Shown: positions 31,233-42,167, counted from the first letter of the stretch. The stretch is 64,000 nucleotides of DNA from an uncultured Actinomycetota bacterium (GCA_963741555.1 CAVUIH010000009.1:10200-74199), one strand, 5' to 3'. Translations and numbers: made by a program. The notes: generated by a model from the letters alone, not told the origin.

Positions 31233-31949
31233 CTAGAGGTGGCCGGCGGCGTAACCCGCGGCTTGCGCCGTCATGCCATTTGCCGGATACGAGGCGTGGG
31301 CGAAGCTCGGCACGGCGCCGGCATCGCCGTTGCAGATCGTGTCGCCGTCGGCGCACAGGTCAAGGGTCTTGGGCGCATACAACGGACCGATGGTGATCGT
31401 CGGCGCGCCGTAGTTCTGCAGCCACGCCGACGACGGTTTCCCGAACAGCGTCACTGCGGCGACGTGGTTGGCGATCTCCGGCGGCATCGGCTTGGGCAGG
31501 AACGGAACGTATTCAGCAGGCACCCCCGCCGGGATCGACGCCGAGGTGACGAAGCCGGCTACAGCCGCACCCTGGGAAAAACCGCCGAGCACGATCCTGG
31601 TTTTGGGGCAGTTCGCGGCGGTGGCCTCGATATGGCCGGTGGCGTCTTTGATCCCGTCGACGACGCTCTGGGCGAACTCGATGCGATCCGAGAAGTTGCT
31701 GCTGGCTTCGTAGTTGACCGGGTACACGTCCAGCGACTTGGGGCCGACAGCGGTGCGCAGTTGGTCGACGAACGGTTCCCCGATACCGCCGACGCCGGGT
31801 GGCTCACCAGTGCCGCGGGCGAACACCGCCTCGACGTCCGGACATGGTTGCGCAGACGAGACCGGCGTGGGCGCGGCTAACAATCCGCCGAGGATCACCA
31901 GCGCTGCAAAGAGGACGCGACCGATCTGGCGTGCACACATGATCAACAT
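31233..31949 (-). CDS. Cutinase family protein
   Basis: Signal peptide, CPDVEAVFARGTGE, GFSQG, CADGDTIC, catalytic His. Confidence 0.93.
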   Translation of the reverse strand: MLIMCARQIGRVLFAALVILGGLLAAPTPVSSAQPCPDVEAVFARGTGEPPGVGGIGEPFVDQLRTAVGPKSLDVYPVNYEASSNFSDRIEFAQSVVDGIKDATGHIEATAANCPKTRIVLGGFSQGAAVAGFVTSASIPAGVPAEYVPFLPKPMPPEIANHVAAVTLFGKPSSAWLQNYGAPTITIGPLYAPKTLDLCADGDTICNGDAGAVPSFAHASYPANGMTAQAAGYAAGHL

Positions 31950-32036
31950 TGTGACGTCGTACCCGCGAACATGTATCGCTATTCCGAGGTGACAAAGGTC
32001 GCGGCGGCGCAGCGGCGCCGAGACCAGGCCAGACAA

Positions 32037-32429
32037 TTAGGATGCGTCGCCGTCGTCGTCTGGGCCGTCCAGCACGCTGACGGCGATGCCGTACGGCAAG
32101 AATCGGACCTTGCGGCTCGGGTCGGTGTTGTTCCGGTTGGCGCGCAACGCATCGAGTTCGGTGGCGTACACCTCCTCGACGCGGGCCGCGCCGTCGGCGC
32201 TCATCGCATAGATCGCCCATACCCCGTCGCCGGCCTCACCGGTGGTCTCCGGCCTGGTCCGGGGGCGCCGCGTCAAGTCCTCAAAGACCGACGACCACCC
32301 TGACCGGTCACCGGGCAGCGTGAAGAATCTGCTGACCCCTTCCAGCGCGTCGCGCAAGCCCTCGCCGGCGTCGCGGATCACTCGATCCAAGTCCTCAGGA
32401 TCGAATCCGAACCGTCCGTTGTCGTCCAT
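32037..32429 (-). CDS. Conserved protein, Rv0313 orthologue
   Basis: FGFDPEDLDRVIR, GEAGDGVWAIY, VRFLPYGIAVSVLD; AGGAGG RBS. Confidence 0.8.
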   Translation of the reverse strand: MDDNGRFGFDPEDLDRVIRDAGEGLRDALEGVSRFFTLPGDRSGWSSVFEDLTRRPRTRPETTGEAGDGVWAIYAMSADGAARVEEVYATELDALRANRNNTDPSRKVRFLPYGIAVSVLDGPDDDGDAS

Positions 32430-32493
32430 TGCGCCTCCTGGCAGCTCACACCGATACATCCAGTGTGCGCATATCGACGGGCTCGCGCCACGA

Positions 32494-34520
32494 CTAGTAG
32501 CCGTACCCCGGATTCATGTAGGGGTTCTGCGGCATGTACGGGCTCTGCTGCTGGTAGGGATTCTGCTGCTGATACGGGTTCTGCTGCTGGTAGGGGTTCT
32601 GCGGCTGCTGACTCGCCCCGCCCTGTCCCTCGGGGACCTGCACAGGTATCGGTACCGGCACGAAGGGCAGATTCAGATACGTCGTCGTCATCGCCACCGT
32701 CGGCGACGTGCTCGGCGGCGGGGGCGGCGGAGGTGACGTGCTCGGGGTAGTGCTCGTCGCCGGCGGCGTCGTGGTCGTCGGCTGCTGCGTGGTGGTCGTG
32801 ACCGGCGCCCTGGTGGTCGGCGGTGGTTCATACGTGGTCACGGCGGCGGCGGTGGCGGCGGCGGCGCTTCGCTGGTCGGCGGCGGCGCCTCGGTGACGGG
32901 TGGGGGCGGCGCTTCGGTGGGTGACGGCGCCGCGCTGGGCGGAGGCGGCAGCGGGCTCGGCGATGGCAGCCGCGAGCTCACTGGTGGCGGCGGCACCGCC
33001 GTGGTGCTGCTCGGCAAGGTGGGTGCCCGGCTACCCGGGCTGCTCGTCAACGTGAACGCCACACCGCCGATGGCGACCATGGAGACCAGTGCGGCAAGCC
33101 CCAAAAACAGCTGCGGCAACCGATTTCCGCGCTGCTGCAGATCGAGCGATTCGACCCTCGGCAATGCCATGAGCTGTGACGGCGTGGCGCGGTTGTCGTC
33201 GTCGTCATAAGGTTCGCCGGTGTAGAACACCGGCTCGTCGCCGGAATCGTCAGCTTGCGACCAGGCCAACTCCTGCGGCGCCTCCGACGGAGCGCCGTTG
33301 AAGAACGCATCCGCCGGGGCGGTGAACGTGCCGGTCGATGCGTCGAAGGTGCCGGTGGGGGCGCCGAGCGCATCCGTCGGCGCGGCGAAAGTCCCGCTCG
33401 ACGTGGCGAAGCTGCCCGTCGATGCACCGACCAGCGTGGCCATCGTCGGCACTTCGACCGCGTCCTGCTCCTTCTCCTCGATCGGATGCCGGGCCGCCAG
33501 CATCACCGCGCCGACCGCCATCGCGAATCCGGGCTGCACGGCCGTGATCACCGACGCTTTGGTGTGCGACGAAAGACGCTGAGCGACAACCGGAATCTTG
33601 GCACCGCCACCGGCCATCGCCACTGCGGCGATGTCTTTGCAACGAATTCTGTTGGTACGCAACACGTCATCGAACTCCGCGAGCAAACCGCCGAGTCGGG
33701 CCTCGATCAGGGTGTCGAGCTCGGCCCGGCTCACCTCGACGCGTGAGCGCTGGCCGGGTAGTTCAACCACGAGCTCGGTGGACGTTTCTTTGGACAGCCG
33801 CTCCTTGGCCAGACGGCATTCCTCACGCAGACCGGCGAATTGCGCGACTACACCGGTGCTCGCCGGATCGGCGCCGTTGCCGTGACCGACGCTGTCCAGC
33901 ACGTGAATCATGAGCGCCTGGTCGACGAGGTCGCCGGAGAATTCCGGATACCGCACGGTGTCGACGATCGGGGTGAAGCCCGACGCGGCGTCGGCCAGGG
34001 TGATGCTCGTCCCGCTGCCACCGAAATCCAGCAGCGCGACAACACCATTGGCCGGCAGGTGGGAATCGGCGTTCAAGGCGGTCAGCGCGGCAGCGGAGTC
34101 CGTGACCAGTCGCGGAGAGATGCCATCGTGCACGAAGCCGGCATGGGTGCTCAACGCGTCTTGCAGGACCCGCAACGCGCCCGCGCCCCAATAACCCGGA
34201 ACGGCCATGGTGATGTTCGAGTTCGACGCGTCACCGCCACTCGCGGTGATCAACGCATCCAGCGCCTCGACCAGCAGGAGCGCCGGGTCGTGGTTCGAAC
34301 CGTCGGCAGGCTTGAGCTCGTTCGACCTCCCGACCCGCTCGACGAAGCCTGCCATCAACGTGCCGGTGTCAGCTCCGTCGTTGTCGTCAACGGGCACACC
34401 AAGTTCCGGCGCGCGGTCGGGAAAGAGCGTCAGCACAGCGCGACGCGAGACGGGAGGATTCCCGCTACGGACCGCGACGAGATTAGTGGTCCCGATTGAT
34501 AACCCCAACGGGTCATACAT
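32494..34520 (-). CDS. Hsp70-like membrane protein with Pro/Thr stalk (Rv0312 orthologue); frameshift near 32845
   Basis: LGLSIGTTNLVA, LLDFGGSGT, CRLAKERLS, AGGGAKIP, ELAWSQ, TM helix; tail in 32494..32841. Confidence 0.85.
32518..32610 (-). repeat. 18 bp coding repeat, about 5 copies (QxQNPY)
   Basis: QQPQNPY QQQNPY QQQNPY QQQSPY MPQNPY. Confidence 0.9.
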
Positions 34521-34671
34521 AAAACGATTACTTTCGTCGATAGCAGTCGGTGGCCAGGGTCAACCATAACGGCGGTCACGCTACGACGATCGGGCACAAC
34601 ATCATCGGTATCCGGTCGATGCGGATGTGTCACCGAAGTGATACAGCAGGCGCCTTGACAGGCGATGCGTG

Positions 34672-35899
34672 TCACACAGGAGTCAATGGCAATGATTTGC
34701 GCGGCTGGAATTCGAATGTCGATCCGCCGCTGACTTTGGCGATCGCGACTTCGGGCAATTCCTTTGCGGCAGTGTCGGTCTCAGCGAATTCGGCAATCCA
34801 GTCGGTACTGTCTCCGCTGACGTTGACCGCAATGCGCGGATCGATCGCGGTGGCGATCGCCTGCAGCGGCTGGACGGATTCAGGCGAGCACAGCGAGATC
34901 CAGGCGGCGTCGTCGTGGGCCGGCGAGCGGTGGACGTGCAAGCCGGACTGCGATCTCGGCATTGACGTAGCCCAGCGGGTTGAGCAACGGATGCAGCTCC
35001 AAAACCCTGAGCACACCGTCGATCCCGTCGGGCAGCGACAACGCTCGATGGATGCGTTCGGCGGCGAGCCCGGCGACGCCGGTCAGCCCCCGGGTGCACA
35101 CCGAGTCAGCCAGCTCGATGTCGGAACCGGCGCGCGCACGCACCGCGATCGCAAAGGAGAGATACAGCAGGTGCATCTGCAGGCACACTTCGTCGGCCAT
35201 GCGCACCAGCGCCGAATGCGAGTACGCGGCGAAGTCGAAGTCGGACACCACCGGGCCCGAATAGTCGGCCAGGCCTTCGTCGGACCGGTCGATCGGGTCG
35301 AGTTCCCATGTGGCGGCGCGTGTTTGGCTGACGATGTCCAGTGCCGGAATACCTTCGACCGGCGGGTACGACTCGTCGATGACCACAGTCCAGGCGCAGT
35401 GCGGATGCCGGTCGGTCGGGACTCGGGGCGGGCGGTGGATGGGCCGCACCTGCGCGCGGGCATTGGTCGCCACCGCCGTAGCGTCGAACGTCGGATCCTC
35501 GATGGTGTGGCACATTCCGAAGACGTAGTCGGGGCCCATCGGTTCCACGTCGAGCAGCGCGCCGCAGTGGTCGAGGTGAAACTCACCGTGCCAGCGGTCG
35601 TGGATGGTGTAGCGAAAGTCCATGAACTGCGGCGGAGCGCCGATGTCGAGCTGCAGGCCTTTGAAGATCGTCGGCACGTCGACGCCCTCGTAATTCAGGG
35701 CCCGCTGCATGCGCCGGGTGTAGACCGGGCTGGCGCCGGCCCACTCCTCGATCGCGATCTGCACCATCTCGTCGCGGCCCCACTCCTGGATGCACCAGGC
35801 CATGCCCGAGCGGTCGATCATCTGCCCGATCAGCAACAGCTCGGGAACCAGGACGGCGAGTTCCTGGCGGGACAGCTGGGCATATCGCGAATGGCTCAC
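34672..35899 (-). CDS. Conserved hypothetical protein, Rv0311 orthologue; frameshift near 34950
   Basis: LIGQMIDRSGMAWCI, GAPPQFMDFRY, GMCHTIEDPTFDATA; C-terminus in 34672..35016. Confidence 0.8.
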
Positions 35900-35937
35900 C
35901 GACCAAAAATAAAGCCGACTATGTTATAAAGTCAACA

Positions 35938-36559
35938 ATGTCTATCGCCGCAGGCCGCAAGCCCCGAGCGCCGGTCAGTCCGACCCGGCGGACGACGGCG
36001 CCGCGCAAACGCGGTGAACGACACCCGCGCGAAAATCATCGACGAAACAGTGCGCTGCATCGTCGAGGAGGGCTTTGCCGCGGCGACCGCGAAGCACGTC
36101 GCCGAACGCGCCGGTGTCACCTGGGGGGTCATTCAGTACCACTTCGGTGATCGCAACGGCCTGCTGATGGCCGTCGTCGACGACGGGGTGGCCAGGCTGC
36201 TGGAGAGCCTCTCGTCGGCCGATGTCAGCGAACTGCCGTTGCGGGAGCGCATCGAGGTCGTCATCGATACGGCGTGGAGCTGCTACAGCAGCCCGACGTC
36301 GATGGCGGCGTTCGAGATCCTGCGCGCCAACCGCGGCGGGCCGGGCGGCTCCTCCCGACGCCACCTGATGGAAATGAACGCGGCGATCGGCCAGCTGGGC
36401 AGGCTCATCACCGACGATCCCGCGAATGACGGTGTGGCCGAGGTGATTTGGGCGACGCTGCGCGGTGTGGTGTTGGCCCGGATGATCGTGGGCGCCGAGG
36501 TGGACTGGCAGCGGGAGCGGCGGGCACTGATCGACATGGTCACCCACTACCTGCGCTGA
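35938..36559 (+). CDS. TetR family regulator (start probably ATG 35938 with indel near 36020; otherwise GTG 36014)
   Basis: VAERAGVTWGVIQYHFGD helix-turn-helix. Confidence 0.88.
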
Positions 36560-36565
36560 GCCGGC

Positions 36566-37067
36566 GTGTGCTGCAATGACGTGATGAGCTCAAACGGTCA
36601 CGACGCCTGGCTCGCCGACGTCACAGCGATAGAACTGATCAAGTACCGCTATATGCGTGCGCTCGACACCAAACACTGGGACGATTTCGCCGACACGCTC
36701 ACCGAGGACGTCATCGGCGACTACGGGTCGTCGATGGGCGAAGAGCACCACTTCACCAACCGCGCCGACCTGGTCGAGTACATGCGCTCGTCGCTGCGGA
36801 CCAACGATGATCACCGAGCACCGGGTTACCCATCCGGAGATCACCGTGACCGGCGACGAGGCGACCGGCATCTGGTATCTGCAGGATCAGGTGATCGTGG
36901 CGGAATTCGACTTCATGCTGATCGGTGCCGGGTTCTACCGCGACAAGTACCGCCGCACCGCCGACGGATGGCGGATCAGCGAAACCGGATACGACCGGAC
37001 CTACGACGCCACAATGTCGTTGAAGAACTTGGACTTCAAGCTGACGCCGGGCAGCGCCCTGGCCTGA
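36566..37067 (+). CDS. NTF2/SnoaL-4 (BaiE-like) protein, Rv0310c orthologue; frameshift near 36800
   Basis: KYRYMRALDTKHW joined to EHRVTHPEITV...GIWYLQD...YRRTADGWRI. Confidence 0.82.
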
Positions 37068-37079
37068 ATTCGGTTGCGG

Positions 37080-37736
37080 CTATTGGGTAATCGCCATCAC
37101 CGCGCCCGGCCGTAGCCATTGGATGATCTGCACCAGCTTGGCGTCGTCGATCGCCACACACCCTTCGGTCGCTCCGCCATCGGTGGTGTGGAAGAAGAAT
37201 GCCGCCCCTTTGCCCGGAGCGCGGTTCGGGTTGACGCCCATCACCACCGCGTGTTTGTACTGCGGGATCTGCAGATTCTCACTCGCGGACGTCGAGAAGG
37301 GGCACTGCGCCTTCTGGCAGACCTGCATCGTGTTGAACGTGGGGCTGCCGTCGTCGCCGTTCCACCAATGGTTGGAACCAACCTGGACGTATGGCAGGCC
37401 GCCACCGGGGTTGGGTGCGGTGCCGAATGCGAACGGCAGCGCGAAGACACCCATCGGCGTAGCGGGATAGCCGCTCTTGGCCTCTTGGGCCAGACCCGCC
37501 GATCCGACGTGTGCCGGAATACCGGCCGCAACGGGTTCCCAGCCCGACGGAACACGCTGGTAGACATCCAGTTTCGCGTTCGAACCGCCAACCCCGACGA
37601 CGGAGATCACCTGAGGCGCGTTGCCGACCGAAGGTGCAAACCAAGGTGCGCCGACTGCACCCCCCTCCGGTGCTGTCGCCAGGGGTATGGCGGCTGCCCA
37701 CACCGCAGCACACAGTAAACCCAGCAGTCGGCGCAC
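37080..37736 (-). CDS. Exported YkuD/L,D-transpeptidase-like protein, Rv0309 orthologue
   Basis: Signal peptide, TPMGVF, FFFHTTDGGATEGCVAI. Confidence 0.85.
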   Translation of the reverse strand: MRRLLGLLCAAVWAAAIPLATAPEGGAVGAPWFAPSVGNAPQVISVVGVGGSNAKLDVYQRVPSGWEPVAAGIPAHVGSAGLAQEAKSGYPATPMGVFALPFAFGTAPNPGGGLPYVQVGSNHWWNGDDGSPTFNTMQVCQKAQCPFSTSASENLQIPQYKHAVVMGVNPNRAPGKGAAFFFHTTDGGATEGCVAIDDAKLVQIIQWLRPGAVMAITQ

Positions 37737-37899
37737 CTTCTTATCGTCAACGCCTTGTGATCATGAGGTCAAGTCAAGGTTTAGCGTCGATCAGGTCACC
37801 GCGCGGCCCCGCCACCGACGCCGCCCGCTCGTCGCTGCTGGCAGCGCTTATATGGTCGTATGCGTCACCCGCATGAACCCGGGGTATAGAGAGCAGTGG

Positions 37900-40348
37900 A
37901 TGTCACCAATAGATCGCAGCCGCCCGCCGCCCAATGACGGCAGCACGGCCAAGCTCGCCGCCGCGGGCGGAGTCGGCGCGCCGCCGCTGACGGTCTGGCT
38001 CGGGTCGGCGATGTACACCTTCCCGGTCGGCCGGGACGTCATCGTCGGTCGCGACCGACAGTGTGACATCCGCTTCCACGACATCAACCCGGACGATCTG
38101 AACCTGATATCGCGGGTACACGCGATTCTGCGATTCGATGGCACGCAGTGGGTGATGGTCGACAAGAGTCAGAACGGGCTCTATGTCTCTGGTTCACGCA
38201 CCAATATGGTGCCGATTCGCGACCGCCTGAGCGTTGCGTTGGGCAGTCCACGCGGCCCGCAGTTGATGTTCCGGGTGGCGGCGCCGGGACCGCGCGCCAC
38301 CAGACCCGACGAGACGGTGGGTGACAGCCCGCAGACGGCCGTGTTCCGGCCGGTAGCCCCGCCTCCTCCACCGCGCGTACAGACGCGTCCGAGTCGGCCG
38401 ATTCCACCGGTCTCGTCGCGGCCGATGGCTCAGCAGGGTTCGGCGACCGTCGGGCGCGCCAAGTCCAACAGCGTCGTGGTCGAGGATGCGTTGGCCTCCC
38501 GCGTGCACGCGGTGCTGGTGTCGGGTCCGGCCGGGCTGGAAATCCGCGACAACAACAGCAGCAACGGCACCTTCGTCAACGGCACGCTGATCACCACTGC
38601 CAAGCTGCGTGACGGCGACGTCGTCACGATCGGCAACACCGACCTGCTCGCCACCGGTAACACGCTGGTGCCCCAGCCCGTCGCGTCCCGCATCAGTGGG
38701 CTCACCGCGCACGGGTTGGCGTTGACCGTCGACGGGCGGCAACTGCTGCAGGACGTCTCTGTCACCGCCAAGCCCGGGACTCTGACCGCGGTGATCGGGC
38801 CGTCCGGGGCCGGTAAGTCGACTCTGGTCAAGCTGATCGGCGGCGCGATGCCGCCCAGTGCCGGCGTCGTCGCGTTCGACGGGCACGACGTGCACGCCGA
38901 ATACGCCTCGATGCGTTCGCGGATCGGGATGGTGCCTCAGGACGACGTCGTGCACCGTCAGCTCACCGTCGAGCAGGCGCTCAACTTCGCGGCCGAACTT
39001 CGGCTGCCACCGGACACTTCTGCCGATGACCGTCGCGAGGTGGTCGATCGGGTGCTCGATGAGCTGGAGTTGGCGCCGCACAAGAAGACTCGCGTCGACA
39101 AGTTGTCCGGCGGGCAGCGCAAACGCGCATCGGTCGCGATGGAACTGCTAACCGGTCCATCACTGCTGATCCTCGACGAGCCGACGTCAGGGCTCGATCC
39201 GGCGCTGGATCGGCAAGTCATGACGATGCTGCGGCGTATCGCGGATGCCGGTCGAGTCGTCATCGTCGTCACGCACTCGCTGACCTACGTCAACATGTGC
39301 GACCAGATCCTGCTGCTCGCACCCGGCGGCAAGACCGCCTTCGTCGACCCACCCGCGCAGATCGGGCCAGTGATGGGCAGCACCGACTGGGCCGACATCT
39401 TCGCCCGGGTCAGCACCGACCCCGAGGGCGTGCACCGCGCGTATCTGGCTCGTCATCCCGCCGCTCCGCGCCGACCATCGCCGACCGCCGGCGCGGCACC
39501 ACTGGGACGCCCGCCGCAGACCAGCCAGTGGCGCCAGGTCATCACGTTGGCGCGCCGCCAAACTCGACTGATCAGCTCCGATCGCGGCTACTTCGCTTTC
39601 CTCGCGGTGCTTCCATTGGTGCTGGGTGTGCTGTCGCTGACGGTGCCCGGCAACGCCGGGCTGGGATCGGTCAATCCGACCGCGCCCGAAGAACCCATCG
39701 ACATCCTGATCCTGCTCAACATCGGCGCGGTCTTCTTGGGAACCGCGCTGACCGTACGCGACCTGGTCAGTGAGCGGATGATCTTCCAACGCGAAAGAGC
39801 TGTGGGCCTTTCGGCGTCGGCCTATCTGATGGCCAAAGTCGTCGTCTTCAGCGCCGCAGCACTGATGGGCACCGCCGTCATGGTCGCGATCACAACGATC
39901 GGCAAAGGCGCACCCGCGCATGGCGGAGTGTTGTTGGGGCACGGGGAATTTGCCTGGTGTCATCGAGTTATATCTGGGCCTGGCATTGACCGCGATCACG
40001 TCGGCGATGGTGGGCCTGGTGCTGTCGTCACTGGCCCGATCCACCGAACAGGTGCTGCCGATGCTCGTGGTGAGCATCATGGTGTCAATGGTGTTGGCAG
40101 GCGGCCTGATTCCGGTGACCGGACGGCTGGTGCTGGACCAGTTGTCGTGGTTGGTGCCGGGCCGTTGGGGTTTCGCCGCGTCGGCGTCGACGGTGGACCT
40201 GAACAACGTCGAGGCAGGGCTGCCCATTGATCGGCTGTGGCGCCATATCCCGAGTGCGTGGCTGCTGGACACCGGAATGCTTGCGGCGCTGGGCGTCGTC
40301 CTGGCCGGCCTCGTGCGGTTCCGGCTACGCCTGGGCGCGCGGAGGTGA
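37900..40348 (+). CDS. FHA-FHA-ABC transporter (Rv1747-like); frameshift near 39945; start uncertain
   Basis: Two FHA domains (GR...SRxHA...NG), GPSGAGKST, LSGGQ, LDEPTSGLD, ABC-2 permease. Confidence 0.9.
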
Positions 40349-40404
40349 ATTGACGGCTCGGCAGGCGGCAGTAGCGTTGCGGCCAGTTCGGGAAAGGGTG
40401 AGCG

Positions 40405-40470
40405 ATGTTCGTCAACACCGCAAAGCTGCACTCCGGGGCGGATGAGTCCTATCGCGCGAGCGAGCACGCG
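40405..40470 (+). pseudogene. 5' remnant of a DUF2563-like small ESX-associated gene
   Basis: Purine-rich RBS + MFVNTAKLHSGADESYRASEHA resembles my recollection of the DUF2563 N-terminus; similarity stops after about 22 codons. Confidence 0.55.
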
Positions 40471-40544
40471 GACACTTTGTTCGTCGCAGGCAGCCGGCGC
40501 CGACACCCGACTGCGCTGACAACGGCCATCGTCATACTGGAGCC

Positions 40545-41027
40545 ATGCCGGTCTTCGTCCGCAGGCTCTTCGGCGTCGGCAAGCTCCCCGCCGAACTGCG
40601 ATCCGAGGTCGAGGCCGAGGGGGTCATCTACCTCGCCCAATACGTCGCAGTCACCAGACGCTTTCAAGGCAGCATCCCGGGCCTACGCTCGCCAAGCAGT
40701 GTCGCCAGCTATGTCGGGTCGCTGGTGTTCACCCAGCAGCGGGCCTTGGCGACCCTCTCGTCGCTACCCAAATTGGCCAGCCTTGCCGTCGATGTGCCAT
40801 GGGACGCAGCGCAATCCGGCCCAGCGACAGCGGAGATCTCCTCGACCGGTCTGCAGATCGACCTCGACCTAGATGCGGTGAATCCGGCGTTCACCGGTCA
40901 CGTCTCGTTGCACTACAAGGCCGCCGTTCCCGGTGATGTGCTTGCCGGTTTGCCACGGCGAACCTTGAAGTTCGACGTGCCGCCGGAATACGTTTTCCGC
41001 GCGGTCGGCGTCCCCTACCGACCCTGA
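40545..41027 (+). CDS. Conserved hypothetical protein, Rv0307c orthologue
   Basis: FGVGKLPAELRSEVEAEG...FDVPPEYV; CATACT -10 box 6 nt upstream suggests a leaderless mRNA. Confidence 0.8.
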   Translation: MPVFVRRLFGVGKLPAELRSEVEAEGVIYLAQYVAVTRRFQGSIPGLRSPSSVASYVGSLVFTQQRALATLSSLPKLASLAVDVPWDAAQSGPATAEISSTGLQIDLDLDAVNPAFTGHVSLHYKAAVPGDVLAGLPRRTLKFDVPPEYVFRAVGVPYRP

Positions 41028-41031
41028 GCGG

Positions 41032-41349
41032 CTAGGGGCGTGACCAGGCCGCCGACGTTGCCGACAAGTCGGGCCACGGTGGGCGGCGCAAGAGGGCCAC
41101 ACTGGCGATTACCGCCGATGCCAGCCCAGTGAGCACCCCGATCAGCGCGAGCCGATCCGAGTTCATCACGGGCACCCAGCGTGCCGTGTCCCCATGCACG
41201 ACGAACACGCCGAGCGGTGTCGCAGTGCCGGCGCGCACCTTCGCGACGGGAATGACCGTGGCGCCGTCGGCGGTCCGATAGGGGTCACCGTAGGAGCGGC
41301 CGTGAGAGCCATTGGTGGGCAATTTCTCCACTGATTCGGGAAGGTTCAT
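41032..41349 (-). CDS. Small YtfJ/GerW-like membrane protein
   Basis: YGDPYRTADGATVIPVAKV...PLGVFVV, C-terminal TM, PPWPD. Confidence 0.65.
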   Translation of the reverse strand: MNLPESVEKLPTNGSHGRSYGDPYRTADGATVIPVAKVRAGTATPLGVFVVHGDTARWVPVMNSDRLALIGVLTGLASAVIASVALLRRPPWPDLSATSAAWSRP

Positions 41350-41461
41350 CAGCTGATCCTTTTGTCGGTCGATCGGTCAAGTCTGGCCGATCGAGCCTGC
41401 CGACACGTCGAGTTGTGCATCGCTGGCCGCTTTCGCCGCCAACCGTTTCTACGATGATTGT

Positions 41462-42118
41462 GTGGAGGATCACGCGTTCAGTCCGGCGGAGCGGCGGGCC
41501 GTCTATCGCGTGATCTCCGAGCGGCGCGACATGCGCCGGTTCGTTTCCGGCAGCAAGGTCCCTGATGACGTTCTCGCTCGCCTGCTGCAGGCGGCGCACG
41601 CCGCGCCCAACGTAGGGCTGATGCAGCCGTGGCGGTTCATCCGCATCACTGACGACGAGCTACGGCGAGGCATACACGCTCTCGTCGACGAGGAGCGCCT
41701 GCACACCGCGCACGCGCTCGGCGAACGAGCGCAGGAATTTCTCGCTCTGAAAGTCGAGGGCATCCTCGATTGCGCCGAACTGCTGGTCGTCGCACTCTCC
41801 GATGGCAGAGACAGCTATGTGTTCGGCCGTCGCACCCTGCCGCAGATGGATCTGGCATCGGTGTCGTGCGCCATCCAGAACCTCTGGCTGGCGGCGCGAT
41901 CCGAGGGCCTCGGGATGGGCTGGGTGTCGCTGTTTGATCCGACGAAGTTGGCGGGATTGCTGTCGATGCCCGCCGACGCCGAACCGGTGGCAATCCTGTG
42001 CCTGGGCCCGGTTCCGGACTTCCCAGATCGGCCATCGCTGGAATTGGACGGTTGGGCACTCGGGCGGCCCCTCGCAGAGTTCGTCTCCGAGAACGGGTGG
42101 GGAAAGAACCCGACCTGA
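41462..42118 (+). CDS. bluB: 5,6-dimethylbenzimidazole synthase
   Basis: RRDMRRF, MQPWRF, LKVEGI, AIQNLWLAARSEGLGMGWVS. Confidence 0.93.
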   Translation: MEDHAFSPAERRAVYRVISERRDMRRFVSGSKVPDDVLARLLQAAHAAPNVGLMQPWRFIRITDDELRRGIHALVDEERLHTAHALGERAQEFLALKVEGILDCAELLVVALSDGRDSYVFGRRTLPQMDLASVSCAIQNLWLAARSEGLGMGWVSLFDPTKLAGLLSMPADAEPVAILCLGPVPDFPDRPSLELDGWALGRPLAEFVSENGWGKNPT

Positions 42119-42167
42119 TCGTCGCGGACGGCCGGGCCTGGATGCCGATGCCAGCTACGATGCCGGG

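Noticed and set aside
40405-40872. 155 aa ORF as a real gene
   Set aside because: Only the first 22 or so codons look protein-like; the rest overlaps the Rv0307c orthologue out of frame
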